Assembly: GCA_043228905.1 (NCBI GenBank)
Contig: JBHGNT010001147.1
Span: 1-11,566 of the forward strand
Direction of reading: 5' to 3'
Source of the DNA: Azolla caroliniana
Lineage: Eukaryota > Plantae > Polypodiophyta
DNA: 11,566 bases
This document shows, piece by piece, positions 1-7,836 of the stretch. Position 1 is the first letter of the stretch; each line of letters starts with the position of its first letter. The translations under genes were made by a program, and so were the position numbers. Under the pieces are notes generated by a model. It was not told the origin of the DNA. It ran no database searches and worked only from the letters and a program-made list of their open reading frames with translations.

Positions 1-23
1 AAGCCCTTGCCCTCCTATCGAGC

Positions 24-530
24 TTGCCAGCGAGTTGGGAGGTATTCTGCACGATGTACCCTAATAGCCCACCGATCCAAAATCTGGATGAGACGATAGG
101 CCAAGTCCTCACTGAGGACATTCGACGAAAATCGATGGGCTTTACCATCGATGAATCGGCAGAATCCCATCACTCGACCGAGTCATTCGACCGACAAAGT
201 CGAACGAGAGAACAAGCCAACAGAACTGGTCGGAATACCAATAGATCAAAAACAAGGGGAGACCAACAATGGTCGAAGTCGAGAACGGGCCGATCAGGCG
301 AATTATGCACACACTGCAAAAAAGCTGGCCACAATGTTTTCGATTGTTGGTCAATCAAGAGGAAAGAGAGTGGTTGGCGATCCGAGTGGAATCGAGGACG
401 ACCTAACTCAGACCACTCTCCAATCGGCAACCAAATCAACGTTGCCGATTCCCGATCAGGAGAAGTTCTCTCCTTAGAGGACTCAATGATCAAAGAAGTC
501 CTATACTGTGTAGAAGACGCACACACGTGG
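24..530 (+). pseudogene. Gag C-terminal part with CCHC zinc knuckle
   Basis: CTHCKKAGHNVFDC (Cx2Cx4Hx4C) at 306-347, preceded by an R/S/G-rich linker. Confidence 0.9.
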
Positions 531-780
531 TATTCCACGTGACCCCCAACATCGAATGGTTTTCAAACTATTCAACTAACGCCAGCAGCACAATCCAACT
601 AGGAAATCGGTAGGAGTGCAAAATAGCAGGGACCGGAGAGGTTCCCATCCGATTGCCCAATGGAAACACAATAACCTTGCACCGAGTTCGGCACATACCT
701 GATCTAAAAAGGAGTCTGGTCTCCATTGGCATGCTAGCCGAAGACGGGTATTGAACGACTCTTAGTGAGTCAACATGGAT
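528..780 (+). pseudogene. Aspartic protease, catalytic motif deleted
   Basis: TGG (W, 528-530), then 2 nt, then FHVTPNIEWFSNY...LHRVRHIPDLKRSLVSIGML from 533. The expected xxDSGAS between W and FHVTP is missing, and there are two in-frame stops. Confidence 0.85.
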
Positions 781-1745
781 GATCAGCCGAGGAAACCTCA
801 AAATCGGGAGTGGGCACAAGTACAACAACCTGTACCCATTAATGGCGATCAATTTAGAAGGGGCCCTGAATGTAGCCAAAAAGACCGACCCAAACTTATG
901 GTATGGCCGACTCGGTCACATGTCTCAAGCCGGACTTGATCGGCTGATGGTGGTAGACTACATCCCAAAACTTCAAGCGAAGAAGGACTTCTATGAGCAT
1001 TGTCGATACGGGAACCAAACCCTAAGTCCGCACACTCTCCACTATGAGACGGTACGAAAGCCCCTAGAGCTCGTGCACACAGATATATGTGGGTCCATGC
1101 CAGAGCGATCACTAGGAGGCTCTCGTTACTTCATCACCTTTGTAGATGACTATACACGGAAGGTCTGGGCCTACTCGATCAGGTCCAAAGACGAAGAGCT
1201 CAAGGTCTTCACTCGGTGGACATCTGAAGTAGAGAACTGGTCCGGACACATAGTGAAGACGCTCAGATCCAACAATGGAGGTGAGTACACCTCCAGAGCC
1301 TTCAAACAGTACCTGTCCAACAAAGGGATCCAACATCAAAAGACTGTTCCCAACACACCCATGCAAAATGGAGTGGCAGAACGGATCAATAGAACGATCC
1401 AGGAGAGGGTGATGGCAATGCTCCAGCATGCCGGACTGAAGTTGGAATTCTGGGCTGAAGCTCTACAGACGGCGGTATACCTAATAAATCTAGCGCCGTC
1501 AAGAGAAATTAGGCTCGAAGTGCCACAGGCCCTATGGTCATGCAAACAGCCGACCTACGATAGGCTCCATATATTCTGATGCGAAACCTACGCGTTCATC
1601 CCCAGGGGTAAAAGGATAAAATTGGCACCCCATGCAACGAAATGCATATTCTCGGTTATGGAACCGATGGGGAATTTGGCTACAAGCTATGGGACCCTGA
1701 GAACCGGAAATTGATCCAGAGTAGTGACGTAGTCTTCAATGAGCA
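779..1745 (+). pseudogene. GAG-pre-integrase and rve integrase core
   Basis: LWYGRLGH, ELVHTDICG, YFITFVDDYTRKVW, LRSNNGGEY, PMQNGVAERINRT. After the stop at 1579 it continues CETYAFIP...TKCIF, then after a frameshift LGYGTDGEFGYKLWDP...SDVVFNE. Confidence 0.95.
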
Positions 1746-2257
1746 CTCTATCTTCTCTCAGTAGAACCAGTAGAGAACAATTAGTAAGAAGGTATCCTTC
1801 GAAGACGACAGTGTTGTCATAGAAGAACCAACCCACCAAACCGAATCAAAGATTCGACAGACAATCAAACTCGAACAAGCCGACAATATACATGTCGACA
1901 ATCAACTCCAAATCGGCAACAAGTCCAATTGTCGCACTCAAAGACAAAGTCATCAAAGACACAACTGAATCTACAAGAGTCAAAAAAGGCACAGTCAATA
2001 AGATGCAAGTCCAAGATAGAACCGAGTCGACAAAGCTCACAAGGGAGAACGGTACGACACAACTGAAGTCCCAACATGGGGGTGGCTCACCTAACAAGAC
2101 TCCTAACACAAATGGTTCAACAAATACCAATCGCCCAACCAAGCCGATCGAAGAATATGAACCACTTATCTCAGCACCCAGGAGATCTGGACAAGCTCGA
2201 AGGCCAACAGAGTTTTTTCGACCGGGCCTCGACTACGTCAACTACACTGATATAGGT

Positions 2258-3310
2258 GAACCAAGCACTTATGAAGAAGCTATAGCCACAACGGACGCTG
2301 ACACATGGCTACAAGCCATGAAATCTGAAATGGACTCGATTCACAAGAATCAGACATGGGAGCTGGTTGAACTACTAGCTGGAAGGAAGCCGTTACCCTG
2401 TAAATGGATTTTCTGATATAAATATGTATACGACTTAGAAAAACCCAAGTACAAAGCTCGACTCGTCGCGAAGGGATTCAAACAAGAATTCGGGGTTGAC
2501 TACAACGAGATAATCTCACCAGTAGTGAAGATGACCACTCTCCGACTCCTACTAGGTGTTGTAGCAACCGAAGATTTAGAGCTCGAGCAAATAGACATAA
2601 AGACGGCATTCCTACATAGAGATCTAGAAGAAGACATCTATATGTCTCAACCTAGAGGCTTCACGACGATGGGGGAAGACAATCACCTCGTATGTCGGTT
2701 AAAGAAAAGTCTATATGGCTTGAAACAAGCGCCAAGGATGTCGTACCAAAAGTTTGACTCCTACATTAGGCAGCTTGGATATCGCCGATCTGACACTGAC
2801 CCATGTATGGACACTCGGCAACTGGCCGACGAGTCTAGGATTTATCTGATCCTAACGTCGACGGCATGCTCATTGCAGGAAGCAATCAAGCAGAGATCGG
2901 AAAGCTGAAGTGGAGCCTTCATGAGAAGTTCATGATGAAGGAACTCGGACAAGCCCTTCACATACTGGGCATGAGGATCGAGTGAAATCGGACGACCAAG
3001 ACTCTATGACTCTCCCAGTCCAAATATATCTGGAAGGTGTTGAAGCGCTTCAATATGAAGAATGTGAAGCCAGCACCAACACCGCTTCCGACATCAATCA
3101 GACTATCAGATAGAGACTCTCCTGCAATAAACAAGGAGAGAGAGCTTAATGGAAAGATGCCCTACGCATCCGCGGTAGGAAGTATCATGTACGCAATGGT
3201 GGCGACCCAACCCGACCTACCCCATGTTGTAGGGGTGGTCAGCCAATACATGTCGAACCCAGGACGGAAGCATTGGGAGGCTGTCAAGCACATCCTTAGG
3301 TATCTGAAAG
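2258..3310 (+). pseudogene. Copia-type reverse transcriptase (RVT_2), disrupted
   Basis: EPSTYEEA, CKWIF*, KYKARLVAKGFKQ, QIDIKTAFLH, LYGLKQAPR, PYASAVGSIMYAM. The YVDD motif reads (t)AC GTC GAC GGC, i.e. YVDG with a frameshift near 2853. Confidence 0.95.
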
Positions 3311-3360
3311 GAAACATGGATGCACAACTGACTTTTGGATTGACAACCTCGACCAAAGTC

Positions 3361-3876
3361 GAAGGCTATACTGATTCCGACTATGCCGGGAACATGGACA
3401 ATCGGAAATCGACATCAGGTTACATCTTCGCCTATGGTGGCAGTGCAATATCATGGAGGTCAAAACTTCAAGAGTGCATGGCTCTGTCGACCACAGAAGC
3501 TAAGTACATAGCAACATCAAAGGCTGCGAAGGAAGCGATCTGGCTGTATCGATTGTCTGCCAACTTCTCAGCTATAAGCCAAACCAACCGACATACGCCA
3601 ACCATCTATTGCGACTCATAGAGCGCAATACACCTCATTAACAATCATGACTATCACGCAAAGACAAAGCACATTGAGGTGCGGTATCATCACATCCGGG
3701 AGCTCACAACTGAGAAGAAGCTCGAGATACGGAAGATTGACACCGAGGTGAACATCGTTGATTGCCTAACAAAGCCACTCCCATATCAACTTTTCAGAGC
3801 ACTAAGGACAAAGATAGGACTACGACAAGCGACCGAGCAGAAGAAAGGCGAACGAGGAGCAAAAGGTAAGAGTTGA
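3361..3876 (+). pseudogene. Copia RNase H, disrupted
   Basis: GYTDSDYAG, RKSTSGY, STTEAKY, IYCDS*SAI, HAKTKHIEVRYHHIRE, NIVDCLTKPL. Confidence 0.95.
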
Positions 3877-4046
3877 CCGAATCAATCATGATAATGAGCC
3901 ATGCTAGGCTCGACACGGACCTCACCTATGCCAACTCGACTATATGTTGACCGACTTGTAACATAAATTTAGATTAGTGTTGTAATCTAGGTTTACGGGG
4001 GAGACAACCCCAAACTTTTGTATACGTAAGAAAGAGTAGTCCTTTT

Positions 4047-4055
4047 ACGGGGGAG
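4047..4055 (+). other. Polypurine tract (second copy at 3995-4003)
   Basis: ACGGGGGAG, 2 nt upstream of TGTTGG at 4058. The 12-mer TTTACGGGGGAG occurs at both 3992 and 4044. Confidence 0.85.
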
Positions 4056-4180
4056 TTTGTTGGCATAAAAGGTCGACTTCTTCCACTTTGTATCCTAGTG
4101 TCATAGATTGACATATTCGCATTCGTGGGGCTCTTGTGTGACGCTACATACTTGTCTCCTCTCCCCCATCTTGTTCCCTG

Positions 4181-4437
4181 AAATTAGAGTTTGGCGGAAA
4201 TTCGATAATCTCTTCTCATCTCAATGATTTCTTCTTTATCCAATCTTCAATGATTTCTTCGTCCCAATGCTACATGGTTCTCATTTTCAATCCCTTTATT
4301 AATTCATACATATATAAATTATGGTTTGGCTGAAATTCAGTTATTCTCTCCTCATCTCAATGATTTCTTCAATAATTTCTTGGTGCCAATGCTAGTTTGG
4401 TCTCATCCCCAATCTCTTGATTAATTCATATATGTAT
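4181..4437 (+). repeat. Diverged tandem duplication (135 bp plus about 122 bp) in LTR U3
   Basis: Copies start AAATTAGAGTTTGGCGGAAATTC (4181) and AAATTATGGTTTGGCTGAAATTC (4316). Both contain CTCATCTCAATGATTTCTTC, CCAATGCTA and ATTAATTCATA. Confidence 0.85.
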
Positions 4438-4557
4438 GTGTGTATATATACATATATGTGTACAGTGTAACAATGTATGTATATTATGTGTGTGTATACA
4501 TATATCATATATATGTACACTGTATATGTATATATTTATGTGTCTATATGTATATGT
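4428..4557. repeat. Degenerate (TA/TG)n low-complexity tract
   Basis: Alternating purine-pyrimidine TATG/TATA/TGTG runs. Confidence 0.9.
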
Positions 4558-4896
4558 AAACGAATGGTTTTATAATATTCTTGGGGCCATTTTCTATTCT
4601 CGCATACCACGAATATTACGGATGGAGAATACCACGCGTATCACACATGGGTCAATCTATGCCTAGTGTGAACTCGTCCACATAGTTAGGGCTTAGTATA
4701 TATAAGCAATAACCGGGCAATAACCTAACGTTGTAAAGTGACGATCTTCTTGATAAAATATCATATATCGAGTCTCTAAGAGAGAGATATAGAGAACGTA
4801 ATAGAGCTTCCATTAAAGCTTCAATCTGTGTACATCTTAGCTTCTCTTTCTATGTTGTTTTCTGAGTACGAACTGAGAGAAATCCTCATACATTTC

Positions 4897-5430
4897 CCCA
4901 TACACTTACCCTTCAAAAACAAGGGTATAGCTATATGATGGTTTCTCAAGTCACAAGATGATCACAACGGCCCCACAAGATCCACACAAAACTATTTTTG
5001 CGAGTGAATTTGGTCCAAAATGAGAGGTATTATCAATGATTCATCGAAATGTTCGTAGAAAAAGCAAGACCCATCCATGATTTACTAAAGGTATTCAAAT
5101 CGACAGAGGGATGAAAAAAACACTTTTAATAATTAAAGAGTGCCTAGATAGAGCACTAACCCTCATGTGCCCAAACTAAAGCAAGGAGCTCCATATCCAC
5201 ATTGACGACTTCACCTTTGTCAAAGAAACTCTAGCCCAACTTAGAGATGGTAAAATGTACTTCCCTATAACATTTGCTAGGTCATCATCTTGATTCGTAA
5301 CCAAGTTGAACGTAATTACTCAGGGAGACAATAGGTATGATCTTTGTTGTTAAGAAATCTCAACATTGCCTACTCACGTGTCATTTCTTGTTTTACATGG
5401 ATCATCAAGCACTCTTATTTATACCCAGTA
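4897..5430 (+). pseudogene. Highly degraded Ty3/gypsy RT-RNase H fragment
   Basis: Manual translation gives DGFSSHKMITTAPQDPHKTIFASEFG (4937-5014; cf. gypsy DGFSGYNQIxIAPEDQxKTAF) and RYYQ*FIEMFVEKARPIHDLLK (5025-5090; cf. GYYRRFI..F...A.PL..LLK). Further on: PN*SKELHIHID, FPITFAR, ERNYS, GMIFVVKKSQHCLL and DHQALL (5400-5417), in the expected order. Confidence 0.85.
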
Positions 5431-5829
5431 AACAAGAGTCGACAAATGGTGAGAACAACTTGTTAGGAAACAGGTCCCTCTAGATGGGAAGTGAGAAGAA
5501 TAGTGTTGATGAGCAAACTCGGCCCTCGGCCTATCAGCCTTGGCCGAAACCGGATGTGGTGTACCCGGCAACGGAAGACCCGGTGAGAACCGGATGTGGA
5601 GTACCCGGTGTCAGAACCAAGGATAAAAGATCGAGTGATGGAAGAAGGATATTAGAGAACACGAGAAGAAAGGAACCAAATACTAAGAGAAGAATGGATG
5701 TATAAGATAGAGAAAGAAAGAGAATGGATACAAGATATGTAATGAGAGCTAAAGACTGGTGTTGATTCGAATTGATTTTAGAATACATGTATGCGCTTAT
5801 TTATAGGTTCCTATAGAATAGCTTAGAGA

Positions 5830-5895
5830 TTTCTAGAATGTTCTAGAATGTTCTAGACCTAGAATGCTCTAGGACATTCTAGAACATTCTAGAAT
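5830..5895. promoter_or_regulatory. Heat-shock element (HSE) array
   Basis: tTTCtaGAAtgTTCtaGAAtgTTCt (5830-5854, five perfect alternating nGAAn pentamers) and aTTCtaGAAcaTTCtaGAAt (5876-5895, four pentamers). The array starts about 25 bp upstream of the minus-strand TATA box. The motif match is direct; function is inferred. Confidence 0.75.
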
Positions 5896-5957
5896 AATCT
5901 AGAGTTTTTACAATAATCAATGTAATACAAGAAGTAGCTTTTATTATTTCATATAAC

Positions 5958-6030
5958 AATAAGCTATCTTAATGGTTGAGGTTTTCAAGTATGAATTACA
6001 AGGTTCGAGGTTCAAGTCCGGGTGACGCCA
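5958..6030 (+). other. tRNA-like segment with Pol III A-box/B-box motifs inside LTR B (not a functional tRNA)
   Basis: A-box-like TATCTTAATGG (5965-5975) and B-box GGTTCAAGTCC (6009-6019). T8-to-T54 spacing is the canonical 46 nt. Acceptor and anticodon stems do not pair well. Confidence 0.45.
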
Positions 6031-6298
6031 TAATGGTCATGTGTTCATGACACCCGGCTACGGAAGACCCCGTGAGAACTGGATGACGAGTACCTGGCAA
6101 GAGCTGGATGGTGAAGGCCCGGTGAGAAGTGCTCACCGGATGAAGGGACATATTCGTAAATATATTTTCTGAGAGTTCATCGGGGCTATATTTGTAAATA
6201 GCCGAAAAGTCATATTAGTATAAATATGACTTAGGGCAAACTCAGTGGTATTAGTGGTCATTCTTGTTGGTGCAAGATTTGAGTGCGTAACTGTGTAC

Positions 6299-6318
6299 AG
6301 AGAGAGAGAGAGAGAGAG
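6299..6318 (+). repeat. (AG)10 microsatellite in LTR A
   Basis: Direct count. Confidence 0.95.
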
Positions 6319-6934
6319 CGAGAGGAAGAGGTCGTCGCCTCTGTTGTAACCGCCGCCTATGGCGAGGATAGCAAGCTCGAGGTTGTTGCCTCGGTGCTTT
6401 ACTATTGTACATTGTGATATAGTGATAGTTTGCAGTCTATGGGCTGCCGTGGTTTTTCCCTAGTTTGGGTTTTCCACGTAAAAATACTGTGTACTCTTCT
6501 CTTCACTGTGCCGTGCGTACCTTACCCGTTTTCTGTGTTTGATCCTAGACTCGGTTGTGGCCGAGCGTTGTGCTTAGGGAGCGTGTATTCCTGTCACAAC
6601 TCACTAAGTCATGGCACACCATTCATTCATTACACATGTAAAATGCATATCTCAAAATATAATCTACGTGAGATAAACTCTTTGCCATACAATTCTCCTC
6701 AAACCTTCACCATCTAAACTTTTCAATATCTCATAGTGTCCACCACACACCTCAAAACCTTACAATCGTAGAGTGCTTGGTTGTCACAATAGTTGCACAC
6801 ACTTATGAACTACGATTTCTAGCATTAAAAGGTACAAAATATAATCATGATTCCTAACAAGTCACCAAGTGCTAAAAACAAAGTACAAAAGCCACTCTAT
6901 AGAGCGAAAATTACGAAAACATGCATATATGATT

Positions 6935-7836
6935 AACAATCGGCAATAGTTCGGTTTGAATCGAACCTGTGAAAGTTAACGTGCGGAAGCAATAGACAGA
7001 ACCGACTCGGTCGGATAGCAACAGAGAATAAGATGAAGGTTTAATGGAGAAGCTTAATACACAGAGAGTATACGTGGGAGAGAGACAGAGAGAGCATAAC
7101 ATAAACGTAGATTCAAAAACTAGAAACACTGTACATACAACATGCTAAACACACTATTTATACAAGTCCTCAAAAGGATTGACAAAAGTACTATGTACTT
7201 CAATGCTCATACGAGCGACTGACACTAACTACGAGACAATGATTACCTAGTAGTCTAGGCTACTACTAGGCTTCTGGTTAGCACTCGAATTCGGCTCTCC
7301 GATCCGTCTCCCCGATCTAACCGGTTCTTTCCGGATATCGATCCGGCTCATCCTTTCGAATGTCGATCCGGCTCTAGCTTATTCAGTCGATCCGGATTCG
7401 GTTGAGCTTGCTCGCTCAACAAAACCAAAGCACGAAAATGCGGCTTAATGGTTTCATCGGTTCGGTTTCAACAATCAAAAACCGCGGTTTTAACGGTTTT
7501 TTATTATTTATTTTTTATGTTTATTTTTAAACTATCTTTTTATTTTTAGACCTTCTTCTCACATTTTAGGAACATCTTTAAATTTTTATAATTTTAAAAT
7601 AATAAAATATTATAACTTTTTAAATTTTTAAATTTTAAATATAACCTAATTTGAAAACCGAAATTGAACCACGAAACCGCGGTTTTAATGGTTTAACGGT
7701 TTGAAAAATGTTTAACAATTCGGTTTAACAGTTTTGTGGTTCAGTTTAGGTTTTAAAATTTTTAAACGGTTTGATTCTAAACTAGTTCGGTTTTGACCCT
7801 CTCAAACCAAACCAAACCAAACCGTTGCCATGTATG
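6935..7836. mobile_element. Non-autonomous hAT-like DNA transposon/MITE (about 440 bp without the nested LTR)
   Basis: About a dozen CGGTT/AACCG motifs cluster on either side of an AT-rich core (about 7500-7650). Ends are imperfect inverted repeats: GGCAATAGTTCGGTTTG (6942-6958) versus CAAACCAAACCGTTGCC (7813-7829). No 8-bp TSD found, so boundaries are approximate. Confidence 0.6.
6968..7421 (-). mobile_element. Solo LTR C (454 bp) inserted in the hAT-like element
   Basis: TGTGAAAG...GCTCAACA termini, TSD GAACC (6963-6967) versus AAACC (7422-7426) with one mismatch, minus-strand TATAAATA at 7155-7162. GCTTCCGCAC near the minus-strand 3' end resembles copia U5 ends (from recall). The CGGTT-rich host resumes on both sides. 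Confidence 0.8.

Larger units (their letters stand above)
1..3876 (+). pseudogene. Disrupted copia gag-pol polyprotein (element 1)
   Basis: ORF fragments 24-542, 779-1579, 1892-2416, 2525-2908, 3037-3621 and 3679-3876 join into one polyprotein broken by stops and frameshifts. The terminal TGA is at 3874-3876. Confidence 0.95.
1..4892 (+). mobile_element. Ty1/copia LTR retrotransposon 1, decayed; 5' LTR and start of gag lie upstream of the window
   Basis: Domain order gag-PR-IN-RT-RNase H is diagnostic for copia. It is followed by a PPT (4047-4055) and an LTR-like segment starting TGTTGG. Motifs such as FHVTP, ELVHTDICG, GYKLWDP and SPVVKMTT look Tnt1/Tork-like (inference). The right boundary is less certain than the coding part. 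Confidence 0.9.
4058..4892 (+). repeat. 3' LTR (about 835 bp) following copia element 1
   Basis: Starts TG right after the PPT, has TATATATAA at 4697-4705, and ends ...CCTCATACA where gypsy-coding homology begins. The partner LTR is not in the window, so the end point (4892, alternatively 4904) and the TSD (predicted TTTCC) are unconfirmed. Confidence 0.65.
5609..6052 (-). mobile_element. Solo LTR B (444 bp), nested in LTR A in the opposite orientation
   Basis: TGTCAGAAC...GTTCATGACA termini and perfect TSD CCCGG (5604-5608, 6053-6057). Removing it restores the 40-bp repeat unit. TATAAATA on the minus strand at 5798-5805 is followed by a pyrimidine-rich R/U5. Confidence 0.92.
5550..6128 (+). 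repeat. 40-bp GC-rich tandem repeat (about 3 units) in U3 of LTR A, split by LTR B
   Basis: Unit 1 is CCGGATGTGGTGTACCCGGCAACGGAAGACCCGGTGAGAA (5550-5589). Unit 2 starts at 5590 and resumes at 6058 (CTACGGAAGACCCCGTGAGAA). A diverged third unit runs to about 6128. Confidence 0.85.
5461..6596 (+). mobile_element. Solo LTR A (687 bp once the nested insertion is removed), probably copia-derived
   Basis: TGTTAGGAA...TTCCTGTCA termini (7/9 inverted match), perfect 5-bp TSD CAACT at 5456-5460 and 6597-6601, TATAAATA at 6219-6226. CCGTGGTTTTTCCC...GGGTTTTCCACGTAAAA near the 3' end resembles plant copia U5 sequence (from recall). No adjacent PBS or PPT. Confidence 0.88.

Noticed and set aside
1892-2257. 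T/K/S-rich sequence as a possible extra protein
   Set aside because: It is the variable integrase-RT linker and runs in frame into EPSTYEEA of the RT.
142-3356. Antisense and alternative-frame ORFs overlapping copia 1 (e.g. 170-538, 568-879, 1112-1429, 1846-2142)
   Set aside because: Shadow ORFs of the pol reading frame with no recognisable motifs.
4436-4666. 76-aa C/Y/I-rich ORF
   Set aside because: Translation of the TA/TG low-complexity tract in an LTR.
5484-5788. ORFs 5484-5705 (+) and 5534-5788 (-)
   Set aside because: Both cross the LTR A/LTR B junction and have biased composition; chance ORFs.
5958-6030. A functional tRNA gene
   Set aside because: Acceptor, anticodon and T stems do not pair adequately; kept only as a tRNA-like motif.
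5550-6128. Spaced GC-rich repeats as a CRISPR-like array
   Set aside because: They are a contiguous tandem repeat split by an insertion, with no spacers, in a eukaryotic TE context.
6430-7129. ORFs 6430-6717 (+) and 6911-7129 (-)
   Set aside because: They span element boundaries and show no motifs.
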